From assembly GCA_049325335.1 (NCBI GenBank), contig JBMOMC010000002.1, positions 192,001 to 256,000 on the forward strand: DNA of 64,000 nucleotides, given 5' to 3'. This document shows positions 20,499 to 29,966 of the stretch, piece by piece. The stretch's first letter is position 1. Each line of letters begins with the position of its first letter. The notes below the pieces were generated by a model. That model did not search any database. It had not been told where the DNA came from and was given only the letters and a program-made list of their open reading frames with translations. The translations under genes and the position numbers were made by a program. Source of the DNA: Nitrospirota bacterium (GTDB lineage: Bacteria; Nitrospirota; Nitrospiria; 2-01-FULL-66-17).

Positions 20499-20703
20499 AG
20501 CCGCCTCCTCCTCCCCCATACCCCCCGACGCTCCCTTCTCGCGTGCCGAGCACGTGCTGGCGCATGGTGTTTTCTTCCGGGTCAGGGTCCATTTGCATAA
20601 TCGGGTCGGCCAAATACTCGCGTTCATATGGCGAGACCCGCGCGCAGCCCACGGTGGACAATGCGCCGAGCAAGAGCGCAAGAACAACCAGACGTCGTGT
20701 CAT
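20485..20703 (-). CDS. DUF4266-family small lipoprotein
   Basis: VGC lipobox, VSPYERE.LA, REGS.GG.GGGGGGCGCN terminus. Confidence 0.9.
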   Translation of the reverse strand: MTRRLVVLALLLGALSTVGCARVSPYEREYLADPIMQMDPDPEENTMRQHVLGTREGSVGGYGGGGGGCGCN

Positions 20704-21221
20704 GGCGTGGGGCCCTCCGCCAGCAATTTGGTGATCTCCTCGCGATAGGCGGCGAGGTAGCTTTTTTGGTACCCAAGGTGGACGAACCGCACCATGCCCT
20801 TCTGGTCGATCACGTAGGCGGTTGGCATGGCGCGCGGTTTGTATCGGTCCGCGATGGAGCGGTCCTGATCATGGACCACGGTGAACGTGACCGGGTGTTT
20901 GGCCACGAATTCCAGGGCGTTTTCGCGCTTACGGTCCACGGAGACCGCCACGATTTCGACGCCTCGGTCGCGGAACTCCTTGTACATGGCTTCAAACTCC
21001 GGGAATTCCTCGCGGCAGGGCTCGCACCAGCTCGCCCAAAAGTCCATCAGCAACACTTTGCCCTTCAGGTCGGCGAGCGCTACCGGCTGCCCCGCGAGGG
21101 TCTTGGCCTCGAAGAGGGGGGCGGCGCGCCCCACATCGGCGCGCTCGGCCCGCGCGGGCGCGGCCGCGAGCACCACCACGGCGATGACAGCGATCAACAG
21201 TGCGCGTAATCGGTCCGTCAT
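20700..21221 (-). CDS. TlpA/ResA-family thiol-disulfide oxidoreductase
   Basis: DFWASWCEPC, MPT; signal peptide. Confidence 0.92.
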   Translation of the reverse strand: MTDRLRALLIAVIAVVVLAAAPARAERADVGRAAPLFEAKTLAGQPVALADLKGKVLLMDFWASWCEPCREEFPEFEAMYKEFRDRGVEIVAVSVDRKRENALEFVAKHPVTFTVVHDQDRSIADRYKPRAMPTAYVIDQKGMVRFVHLGYQKSYLAAYREEITKLLAEGPTP

Positions 21222-22261
21222 AACGTGAAGCTCACTTTCTCCTTCAGCGCCGGCGAAACGTGGAGGCCTCCGGTGTCGTCGATGAAAATGCCTTGCAGGT
21301 TCTGCGCGTGCAGCACTTCGAGTCCTCGTGCCGGGCCCAACACGAACGCGCCGGTGGCCAGCGCATCGGCGCGCGCGCCGGTTCCCGAAATCACGGTCAC
21401 GCTGCGCGTTTTACGCGCCGGGCTCAGGGTGTCCGGGTCCAGGATATGGTGGTACCGAATGCCGTTTTCAAAGAACATGCGTTCGTAGTCGCCGGAGGTG
21501 GAAATCGCGGTATCGGTCAGATCCAGCGTGGCCAGGAACCCGTCTTGGCGCCGGGGGTGCCGCACGCCGATTCGCCAGGGCGTGCCGTCGGGCCGGGCGC
21601 CGAACACGATGATGTCTCCCGCAGCCGCGATGAGTCCGCCGGACATGCCGTGCGCGGTCAACACCTGTTTGGCGCGCTCAGTCAACGCGCCTTTGCCGAT
21701 CCCGCCTGGATCGAGCTTCATGCCGGTGTGGGTCAAGAACGCCGCGCTCGCGGATTTGTCGATCTGCACGCGTCCGCCGTGCACCAGGGGACGGAGCGCA
21801 GACAACTCCTGCTTATCCGGCACGTGGCGTTTGCCCAGCACGTCCCAGGCCGAAATCGCGGGGCCCAACGCCATGTGGAATCCGCCATTGGTCAGTTGGG
21901 TCATGGCCAACCCGTCTTCCAGCACGTCGATCGTGGCCGGGCTGACCGTCACCGGCCGCTTACCCGCAGCCTGGTTGAGCCGAGACATTTCGCTGGACGG
22001 GTTGTAGATCGACAGCAACTGCTCCAACCGCTCCATTTCTGCAAACGCCGCGTTGAGCGCCCGGTCCGCGTCGGTTTCTCGTTCTGCGACCACGGTCAAA
22101 CTCACCGGGATCCCGCCCATCATGGTGCGCGTCTGTTTGAACAGACCCAGGTTGCTCGCACCAGACTGCTCGGCGGCCAACAGGCGTGATGGACGCCCGA
22201 TGGTCAGACTCACGAGACTCAACCCCACGAGCTGTAACAGGTCTCGTCGGTCGATCGACAT
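21218..22261 (-). CDS. apbE: FAD:protein FMN transferase with Tat signal
   Basis: RRDLL Tat motif; LDPGGIGKG, STSGDYER, RYHHILDP, ADALATG. Confidence 0.93.
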   Translation of the reverse strand: MSIDRRDLLQLVGLSLVSLTIGRPSRLLAAEQSGASNLGLFKQTRTMMGGIPVSLTVVAERETDADRALNAAFAEMERLEQLLSIYNPSSEMSRLNQAAGKRPVTVSPATIDVLEDGLAMTQLTNGGFHMALGPAISAWDVLGKRHVPDKQELSALRPLVHGGRVQIDKSASAAFLTHTGMKLDPGGIGKGALTERAKQVLTAHGMSGGLIAAAGDIIVFGARPDGTPWRIGVRHPRRQDGFLATLDLTDTAISTSGDYERMFFENGIRYHHILDPDTLSPARKTRSVTVISGTGARADALATGAFVLGPARGLEVLHAQNLQGIFIDDTGGLHVSPALKEKVSFTL

Positions 22262-22380
22262 AGACACTCCTTCCCTGGCGGCGGATGCCGCATGTATGAA
22301 AGTGCGCCCCGGCCCACACACGGGGTTGGCACGATAACTACGTTAGGAAACGAAAGCCGAAAACGACTGGAACGGAAGAA

Positions 22381-22740
22381 CTACAGGACGGGCGGAGCTC
22401 GGGACGGGGTGATGCGTACTCGGTTGGAAACCGTTAACGTGAAGTCGTCAACCGCAACATGGGCGGTCGGCGCTAGGACCGGAAGCGGCGCTGAGGCATG
22501 GGCGTTGACCGTGACCGACCCGCTGTGGTTGGCCACCAGGCAGTGTATCTTATGGTCCGTGGTGGCTCGATCAGACGAGGAGGAATGGTCGCCATGTTCG
22601 GCGTGCGACGGTGTAAGATATTGACAATGAATGGTTTCTCCAGCGAGCGCGACATAGGCCAGAATGAGGGCCGCGAACGTGAAGCGGATTACTCCTGAGG
22701 AACAACGCCAAAACATCAGCCGATGGATGGAGTGATTCAT
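22381..22740 (-). CDS. DUF2946/CruR-like leader protein ending in RAPP
   Basis: N-terminal hydrophobic helix, Cys/His-rich middle, C-terminal SRAPPVL. Confidence 0.7.
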   Translation of the reverse strand: MNHSIHRLMFWRCSSGVIRFTFAALILAYVALAGETIHCQYLTPSHAEHGDHSSSSDRATTDHKIHCLVANHSGSVTVNAHASAPLPVLAPTAHVAVDDFTLTVSNRVRITPSRAPPVL

Positions 22741-22779
22741 TACCCGCTAAACCGGTAACCGTAATGTAATATTCCGCTT

Positions 22780-25700
22780 CTAGTCAGCCCGGAAGTATTT
22801 GGCCTCAGGATGGTGAAAGACGAGTGCTGAGACCGAGGCTTCAGGGTCCATCATATCCCCGTCTGTCAGCTCAATGCAAATGTCTTGTGGCCTGATGAGC
22901 GAGAAGAGCTTGCGCTGATCTGCCAAGTTCGGGCACGCGGGGTAGCCGAAGCTCACGCGGATGCCCTGGTATTTGTTCTTGAGCACGTCGTGAATCGTCG
23001 TGGTCGGCGGGTCGGGGAAGCCCCACGTTGTTCGCAACCGGCGGTGCAACCACTCGGCCATGCCTTCGGCGGCTTCGACCGCAATGGCTTGCAGCGCGTG
23101 CGAGCGCAGGTATTCGCCCGCGTCTTTCCAGCGTTGCGACAGCTCGCGCACGCCCACTCCGCAGGTGACCGCGAAGAGGGCGATGGCGTCGCGCTCGTTC
23201 GATCCGGCGTCCCGCACATAGTCGGCCAGACATAAGCGTTCGCCCGCGGCTTGTCGGGGAAAGTGAAATCGTTCGATCGCGCGGTCCGGCGTCGCCGGGT
23301 CATAGATGATCACGTCGTCGCCGTCAGCTTGGCAGGGGAAGAAACGCCACACCGCGTGGGCGGACAGGAGCTTGTGCTCCATGATCTCGCGCTTCAAGGC
23401 TTCCACCGTGTCGTGGAGCTTGATCGCTTTTTCGTCCTTGTCCGCGAGCAACTTGTCGATCTGGCCGCGCAGCCCGAGGTGTTTGCCGTACAACATGATC
23501 GGGTTGATATAGGCGAAGATTTCGCCCAGCGGCGCGTCGCGGATCACGTGACGCTCGAAGTCGGGAGCCGGGGACAGCGGCGCGTCGCGCCGCACCGCTG
23601 AGCGGGTCGCAACCGGGGCGGACGGCGAGGCAACAGGTTTGGGCGTGGCCGCGCCCCGGACCAAGGACTGTTGCTCCTCGCGGATGCGCGCGATGAGGGC
23701 CTGTCGTTCTTGTTCGTCGGTCAGGCGGTTGGCGAGGTCCAGTCCGCTCATGGCGTCCTTGGCGTAGAGCACGATTCCGGGATACTCCGGCGCGATCTTG
23801 GTGGCGGTGAACTTGTTCGACAATGCGGCGCCGCCCACGAGGATCGGCACGTCGATGCCCGCGGCGCGCAGGTCCTGCGCGGTGATGACCATCTGCTGGG
23901 CCGACTTGACCAGCAGCCCGGAGAGCCCGATCGCGTCCGGCTTCTCGCGCCGGTACGCGTCGATTAGGACTTCCGGCGCCACTTTGATGCCCAGGTTCAC
24001 GATATGATAACCGTTGTTGCCCAGAATGATTTCCACGAGGTTTTTGCCGATGTCGTGAACGTCGCCCTTGACCGTCGCAAGCAGGATCTTGGCCTTGGAC
24101 GTGGTCTCGGATTTTTCCATGAACTGTTCAAGGTGCCGCACCGCGGCCTTCATGGCCTCGGCGCTCTGCAGCACTTCGGCGACGATCAACTCGTTGTTGT
24201 TGAAGAGGCGTCCCACCTGATCCATTCCGGCCATCAGCGGGCCGTTGATGATGTCCAGCGGCGCGCGCGTGGTGAGGGCTTCGTCGAGATCAGCCACCAA
24301 CCCGTCGCGCGACCCTTCCACGATGTACCGCGCCAAACGATCGTCCAGGGGCAAGTCCGCCGCGGCGGTTCGGACCTTGGTCTGTTTGCCTTTGAAGTGC
24401 GCGGCAAACGCGGCGACCGGATCGTCACCGCGCCAGAAGATCAAATCCTCCGCCAACCGACGTTCGTCCTCGGGAATCGACGGGTACCGCTCTAAACGTT
24501 CGGCGTTCACGATCGCCAAATCAAGCCCGGCCTTGACGTTGTGGTACAGGTACACCGCGTTTAAGACCTCGCGGCCTGCGGGCGGGAGGCCGAACGAGAC
24601 GTTGCTGACCCCGAGAATGGTTTTGGTGTCGGGGAGCGCGGCCTTGATCAGCTTGATGCCCTCGATGGTTTCGATCGCGGAGCCGATGTAGTTCGCGTCG
24701 CCGGTGCCGACCGGAAAAACCAGCGCGTCGAAGATGATGTCGCGCGGGGGGAGGCCGTACTTCTTCACCAGCAAATCGTATGAGCGTTTGGCGATGTCCA
24801 ATTTTCTCTGGCGCGTGACCCCCATGCCTTGTTGCGGGTCCTCGTCGATGCAGCCCACCACCACCGCGCCGCCGTAGCGTTTGATCAAGGGCACGACGTG
24901 TTCGAACCGTTCCTCGCCGTCTTCCAGATTGATCGAATTGATGATGCACTTGCCTTGGCAACGTTTGAGCGCGGCCTCGATGACGATGTGGTCGGTGGAG
25001 TCGATCATCAACGGCAGTTTGGTCTTTTTCGTCAAGACATGGATGAAGGCCTCCATGTCGGCCAGTTCGTTGCGGTCGGGGTTGGCCATACACACGTCCA
25101 AGATCTGCGCGCCGTTCTTGGCCTGGGCGCGACCGATTTCTCCGGCTTCTTCGATCTTGCCGTCGATGATCATCTCTTTGAACTTGCGGCTGCCGATGAC
25201 GTTGGTGCGCTCGCCTACGATGAGCGGCCGGTTGTCGTCTTCGATCGGCACGAAGTCAACGCCGGACACCGCGGGTTTGAGCGCGTGTTGCGGCGTGCGC
25301 GGGCGTTTGCCATGCACCATCGCGACGATCGCGGCGATGTGCGCGGGCGTGGTGCCGCAGCACCCGCCGATGATGTTGATCCAGCCCTCGTCCACGAAGC
25401 GGGAGAGTTTGGCGGCCAGACTTTGGGGCGTTTCCGCGTAGCGACCTTCTTCGTCCGGCAACCCCGCGTTGGGGTAGACCGAGACGAAACACGTGGCCAG
25501 GCCGGCGAGCGAACGCACGTGGTCGGTCATGAACTCGGGGCCGGTGGCGCAGTTCAGCCCGATCGAAAACAGGTTGAGGTGTTCGAGCGACGTGTAGAGG
25601 GCCTCGACCCCTTGGCCCGCCAGCATAGTGCCCATGGGCTCGATCGTACCCGACACCATCAACGGCACTCGTGAGCCCAACGCCTGCTGCGCGGCCGCGA

Positions 25701-26241
25701 TGCCGATGGCCGCGGCCTTGAGGTTGAGCGTGTCCTGCGCGGTTTCCAACAACAGGAGATCTACGCCGCCTTCGATCAACCCCTTGGCCTGGATCGTGAA
25801 CGATTCGATCAACTGGTCGAACGTGACCCCGCCCGTGACCGTGATGGTCTTGGTCGTGGGTCCCATCGAGCCCGCCACGAATCGCGGCTTGTCCGTCGTT
25901 GATCGCGTGTCCGCCACTCTGCGCGCGAGCGCGGCGCTGGCACGGCTGATCTCCAGCGCCTTATCGGCCAAGCCGTATTCCGCGAGCACGAGCGGCGTGC
26001 TCCCGAACGTGTTGGTCTCGATGATGTCCGCGCCCGCGTCGAAATACGCTTCGAACACGCTGGAGATCACGTCGGGCCGCGTTAGATTGAGATGTTCGTT
26101 GCACCCCTCGTATTCCGGCCCGCCGAAGTCGGCCGCGGTCAGATTCTTGGTCTGCAACACGGTGCCCATGGCGCCGTCCAGCACCAGGATGCGGCGGCCG
26201 AGCAGGGCGCGTAATTGATCAGCGGAGTCACGGATAGTCAT
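22780..26241 (-). CDS. metH: Cobalamin-dependent methionine synthase
   Basis: LDGAMGT, GGCCGT, GERTN, DVHDIGKN, FGYPACP. Confidence 0.97.
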   Translation of the reverse strand: MTIRDSADQLRALLGRRILVLDGAMGTVLQTKNLTAADFGGPEYEGCNEHLNLTRPDVISSVFEAYFDAGADIIETNTFGSTPLVLAEYGLADKALEISRASAALARRVADTRSTTDKPRFVAGSMGPTTKTITVTGGVTFDQLIESFTIQAKGLIEGGVDLLLLETAQDTLNLKAAAIGIAAAQQALGSRVPLMVSGTIEPMGTMLAGQGVEALYTSLEHLNLFSIGLNCATGPEFMTDHVRSLAGLATCFVSVYPNAGLPDEEGRYAETPQSLAAKLSRFVDEGWINIIGGCCGTTPAHIAAIVAMVHGKRPRTPQHALKPAVSGVDFVPIEDDNRPLIVGERTNVIGSRKFKEMIIDGKIEEAGEIGRAQAKNGAQILDVCMANPDRNELADMEAFIHVLTKKTKLPLMIDSTDHIVIEAALKRCQGKCIINSINLEDGEERFEHVVPLIKRYGGAVVVGCIDEDPQQGMGVTRQRKLDIAKRSYDLLVKKYGLPPRDIIFDALVFPVGTGDANYIGSAIETIEGIKLIKAALPDTKTILGVSNVSFGLPPAGREVLNAVYLYHNVKAGLDLAIVNAERLERYPSIPEDERRLAEDLIFWRGDDPVAAFAAHFKGKQTKVRTAAADLPLDDRLARYIVEGSRDGLVADLDEALTTRAPLDIINGPLMAGMDQVGRLFNNNELIVAEVLQSAEAMKAAVRHLEQFMEKSETTSKAKILLATVKGDVHDIGKNLVEIILGNNGYHIVNLGIKVAPEVLIDAYRREKPDAIGLSGLLVKSAQQMVITAQDLRAAGIDVPILVGGAALSNKFTATKIAPEYPGIVLYAKDAMSGLDLANRLTDEQERQALIARIREEQQSLVRGAATPKPVASPSAPVATRSAVRRDAPLSPAPDFERHVIRDAPLGEIFAYINPIMLYGKHLGLRGQIDKLLADKDEKAIKLHDTVEALKREIMEHKLLSAHAVWRFFPCQADGDDVIIYDPATPDRAIERFHFPRQAAGERLCLADYVRDAGSNERDAIALFAVTCGVGVRELSQRWKDAGEYLRSHALQAIAVEAAEGMAEWLHRRLRTTWGFPDPPTTTIHDVLKNKYQGIRVSFGYPACPNLADQRKLFSLIRPQDICIELTDGDMMDPEASVSALVFHHPEAKYFRAD

Positions 26242-26334
26242 GGGTCGGCATCATATCAGAACGGCAAGTCCTCGTCAGTTGGACGGTGGTTGCTACGCCA
26301 CCTCTATGGAACGGAGCGATTACAGGGCCTCCTT

Positions 26335-26784
26335 TCAGTCGGCTGGCGGTTCAAAATGTCCGGGGGGACGACTTTCCCATGGAACAGTTGTTTTCGGAAT
26401 CTGTTTCACCAGGCTCCGGAGGCTGACCTCCGCGGCGCGGATCAGGCGCGGTTCACCGGCCCAGACGAGTTGCGTCAATAAGGTAAAGATCTCGCGTTCG
26501 GTTCCTGCCGCGGCCAACATCCGGGCGGTGACGGGATCGGGTTCGGCGCACGGTTCGCTGTCGGTTTCGATCAGGGCCAGCAACCGCTTGGGGTCGTCGT
26601 ACAACCAACCGGGAGGGATGCCTAGTGCGGCCGCGAGCGTTTCAATGTCCGCGCTCGACGCGTCCGTATCGCCCTGTTCAACGGCGGTGAGGCGCTCGGG
26701 GACAATCCCGGCGCGGGTTGCCAACTCGTCGGGCGTTACGCGGCGCGCGACGCGCCACGCGGCGATGCGTTCTCCCAAGGTCAC
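26335..26784 (-). CDS. XRE-family HTH regulator
   Basis: LGERIAAWR...ELATRAGI...VEQG...LAAALGI. Confidence 0.8.
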   Translation of the reverse strand: MTLGERIAAWRVARRVTPDELATRAGIVPERLTAVEQGDTDASSADIETLAAALGIPPGWLYDDPKRLLALIETDSEPCAEPDPVTARMLAAAGTEREIFTLLTQLVWAGEPRLIRAAEVSLRSLVKQIPKTTVPWESRPPGHFEPPAD

Positions 26785-26826
26785 GACGTTGGCGATTGTA
26801 ACGAAATCCCGTCGTGGATCACAGCG

Positions 26827-27093
26827 TTATTTGGAGTCGTCGGGGTCGGCCGCGCCGTCTTCGGCGTCGGGTTCAATCGAGTCCGGGTGCACCGGCCGAT
26901 AGTCGTCGCTCGGGATCAACACGATTTCCACGAGGTTCACGTCGTCGCGAACAGAGACCAAGGGGGGCGAGTCCGTATCCACGATTAGCCGCTGCGGCGC
27001 GGCCGGAAAGGTCGGTGACTCGGCGGCGCCGGCGGCCAACGGAAACGCCGCCAGCAAGCCGGCAATGAGTAGGCGAGTCCAAGGTGCATACAT
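26827..27093 (-). CDS. Small secreted hypothetical protein
   Basis: Signal peptide, acidic tail, AAGGAG RBS. Confidence 0.6.
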   Translation of the reverse strand: MYAPWTRLLIAGLLAAFPLAAGAAESPTFPAAPQRLIVDTDSPPLVSVRDDVNLVEIVLIPSDDYRPVHPDSIEPDAEDGAADPDDSK

Positions 27094-27314
27094 GGGTGGT
27101 GCTCCTTATATAATTAACACCGTGGGGCGGACTGCCCCGGAGTGGCGCCGTTGATGGAAAAACCGCTGAACACGGGTGTTTATTGCGTGTGATGGAACAA
27201 ATCGGTTGATTGGCCGGATGAAAACTCGCTACAATACCATTCTGGTCGGGGGTGAGTGGTGCTGTTTTTCATGAGAATGAAGGATGGGATGGTCCGCATG
27301 TCTCGGAGGGGGCG

Positions 27315-27650
27315 ATGAGTGAGATCGAACAGAAGGTGGCGGTTGCGGCGAACGATGATTGCAGCGTGGCGGATTCGGGGGACGCGCCGCCCTTGGTCGT
27401 GGTGTACGATATGAAGGGCAGCGAAGTGGTGTTCCGCACGATCCGGTACTACGACAACAGCCTCATTGAAGCGGTGAATGACTGCAAAATGGTCATCGGC
27501 AAATCGTTCGGGGACGCCATCAAGACGGACCTGGCATCGCGCGGGATTGAGACCCGCGTGACCACCCTGGACTCATCCGACGACGCCGTGGGCCAGGTGT
27601 TCGGGATCAAGCGGGGCGACACGAAGGTGGAGATGAAGATCCAGCATTAG
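27315..27650 (+). CDS. NifB/NifX-like family small protein
   Basis: KVAVA...VVYD...DCKMVIGKSFG...LASRGIE pattern. Confidence 0.6.
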   Translation: MSEIEQKVAVAANDDCSVADSGDAPPLVVVYDMKGSEVVFRTIRYYDNSLIEAVNDCKMVIGKSFGDAIKTDLASRGIETRVTTLDSSDDAVGQVFGIKRGDTKVEMKIQH

Positions 27651-27816
27651 CAGGCTGCTGAAAAAGCCCATCTGCGGCGTGCTCGGTCGTCGGAAATCCT
27701 CACGTACGACCCAGTACGCTTCGGTTTCCTCCTCCCTGCGGCCTTGCGACCCACCGTCGAAACTCAAATGCCGGAAGTCCCCGAAGGGGGCATCTGGGGC
27801 TTTTTGAACAGCCTGC
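27650..27816. mobile_element. MITE-like element with 44-bp internal insert
   Basis: Ends GCAGGCTGCTGAAAAAG / CTTTTTGAACAGCCTGC; core matches 14643-14763. Confidence 0.8.
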
Positions 27817-27860
27817 TGGTTTTGTCGAGTTTTTCAGCGTTCGGCCAATGTGTCGTGTGG

Positions 27861-28733
27861 CTACGAAGATCTCCCGCCCTCGGTCCCCCGCACCGTTAAA
27901 TAGACTCCCGACAGCATGACCAAGAGCGCGCCCGCGAGAAAATGCGGGGTCGCGACCTCGCCGAGAACCATGATCCCCAACGCGCTGCCCACCACCGCGC
28001 CGAACATCGATAAGACGCCGCCCTCGACTGCGGTGGTAAAGCGATACGCATAGGTCGTCCCGAGTTGTCCTAAGATCGAAAACAGGAGGACCGCCAACAA
28101 CAGGGGAAGGTGTTCGACCGTCGGCGTTGTCCAGTACGCGGGCAGCAACGGCGCGGTCACCAGCATGCCCGCAATGTTGTAGTAGTGGAACACGGTCCAG
28201 GATGTTTCGGTGGCGCGGGAGATTTTGAGCGACACCAGCGCGCCGCCAGCGGCCATCGCGGCCAGCAATCCGAACACGTCTCCGGACGCCGCCGTGTCGA
28301 ACGAGGGTTGCACGATCAAGTACACGCCCACGAACGACGCGGCGAACGCGCCGACCATTGCCGTGGACAGCGCCGCGCCATGGGTCACCCGGATGGTCAA
28401 CGCCATAAACACGGGGTAGGTGTAGAACAACACCACCGCGTTGGACAGGCGCGTGTGCGTGACGGCCAGAAACAGCAGCAGGCTTCCGACGCCTCCGAGC
28501 AGGCCGCGAATCCAGAGGATGCGCCGGTTGGTGGGGCGCACGTCGATCCACCCCGCCGTGATCGCGGCTCGCATCAGGGCGTAGCTGACCGCGAATCTGA
28601 GGAACGCCAACGTGACCGGATGAATGTCGCGGCCCGCGAGTTTCACGAAGAACCCTTGCACGCCGATGCAGGCGGCGGCCGCGAGCATCAGGACCATACC
28701 AAGACGGTGTGCAGTGGATGACGAGCCGGTCAT
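27861..28733 (-). CDS. DMT/EamA-family transporter
   Basis: About 10 TM; AFLRF, RGLLG, GIMVLGE motifs. Confidence 0.88.
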   Translation of the reverse strand: MTGSSSTAHRLGMVLMLAAAACIGVQGFFVKLAGRDIHPVTLAFLRFAVSYALMRAAITAGWIDVRPTNRRILWIRGLLGGVGSLLLFLAVTHTRLSNAVVLFYTYPVFMALTIRVTHGAALSTAMVGAFAASFVGVYLIVQPSFDTAASGDVFGLLAAMAAGGALVSLKISRATETSWTVFHYYNIAGMLVTAPLLPAYWTTPTVEHLPLLLAVLLFSILGQLGTTYAYRFTTAVEGGVLSMFGAVVGSALGIMVLGEVATPHFLAGALLVMLSGVYLTVRGTEGGRSS

Positions 28734-28859
28734 GGGAGCGCGATCCTAGTACGCGGGGCCGGTAAAGTCAAAATCGGAGCTGTCGGTCCGATACGCCCAT
28801 GAATAATCCCGGTCCCCGGCCGTCTGACCGGTTGTCGGGTGATTCATCCGGAGGCGGCG

Positions 28860-29615
28860 ATGAAAGCGGTTGGAGTTGTGTTGGTCGGTGTCCTCGCGTT
28901 GGCGGCGTCGGCATGCGGGCGGGTGGTGGAGCCGGTGGGCGTGGTGCCGTGCTCCTCCGGAGAATGCTGGGATCTCTCGGCGGGAACCGATGTGTTCGTC
29001 AATGACGAGCCCGCCGCGGCGGAGGTGGGACCCCACGACGCGCATGCCTGGCGTTTTGCCACGGTACCGGGACATCGGTACCTCGTTCTGACCAGAGTCT
29101 TTTCCGGCGGCGCGGATACGTACGTGTCCTTCTCACCCGTCATCGATCCGCTGACGCACGGGATGGTGGACCTGGGATCGGCCACGGGGATGACGTTTAC
29201 GGCCGCTGATACGGCAGCCTATATCGCGGTGGCCGGCCGCGGGAGCCCCACGCGAACGGAGTACACGGTTCGCGTGGTCTCGTACGATGAGTCCCTGGAC
29301 CCGCTGCCAGGGACAACTCGGCTCACAGTCAACGGATTCCCCGCGCCCCGCGCGTTGGCGTCCGGTGAACTCGCGCGGTTTGTGTTCGACGCGGTGCGCG
29401 GCGTGGATTACACGATCCGCGTGACCACGACCCGGGGAGTGACCGACACCATGGCGTCGTTGATCCCGTCGGTGGACGATGATTTCTTCGACGTGAGCGG
29501 TCCGTCCGGGACCATTGTCTTCCGCGCGACCGAGACCGGGCGTTACTACGTGGCGGTTGTTGACCGCTCCGACTCTGCAGGGGCTGATGCGATTGTACGG
29601 GTCACGAGCCCGTGA
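28860..29615 (+). CDS. Lipoprotein with two PPC-like beta domains
   Basis: Lipobox ASAC; internal repeat (F.T.PG.RY...FTA...AYIAV / FDA.RG.DY...FRA...YYVAV). Confidence 0.65.
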   Translation: MKAVGVVLVGVLALAASACGRVVEPVGVVPCSSGECWDLSAGTDVFVNDEPAAAEVGPHDAHAWRFATVPGHRYLVLTRVFSGGADTYVSFSPVIDPLTHGMVDLGSATGMTFTAADTAAYIAVAGRGSPTRTEYTVRVVSYDESLDPLPGTTRLTVNGFPAPRALASGELARFVFDAVRGVDYTIRVTTTRGVTDTMASLIPSVDDDFFDVSGPSGTIVFRATETGRYYVAVVDRSDSAGADAIVRVTSP

Positions 29616-29881
29616 TGCGGGGCAGTGGTCCTGGCGGTGGAGCGCTGCCCGCTGTGTCGAAGAAAATTACAGGGCGATTCGATCCATATTATATTGATTA
29701 ATATGAGTAAAACACGAATTTTTAGTGGAGGTCGTGGTTATATAGTGACTGATTTTTTTACACATACCGATCTTAACCTGACAGTAATGGAAAATATGGC
29801 CATGAACGATTGTTCGCGTAACTATTTGGAAAGTAAATAAATTCTTTCTCAGACGAGACTATTCTGACGATGAAGTGTTGG

Positions 29882-29897
29882 TGGCACGAGACTTGAA
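29882..29897 (+). promoter_or_regulatory. Putative sigma54 promoter of the PEP-CTERM gene
   Basis: TGGCACGAGACTTGAA (variant -12 element) after an AT-rich region. Confidence 0.5.
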
Positions 29898-29966
29898 TAA
29901 CACTGGAACAGCAGCGTGCGAAATTGTGTCGGTTTCACTGTGGTCACTGGTGGGAAGGAGAATTCC

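Noticed and set aside
20499..20687. Long N-terminal extension of DUF3570
   Set aside because: Overlaps the well-supported DUF4266 gene in another frame.
26242..26334. SAM or cobalamin riboswitch upstream of metH
   Set aside because: Short gap with no recognisable aptamer consensus.
27315..27650. Evidence of nitrogen fixation
   Set aside because: NifB/NifX-like small proteins are common outside nif clusters; no nif genes in the window.
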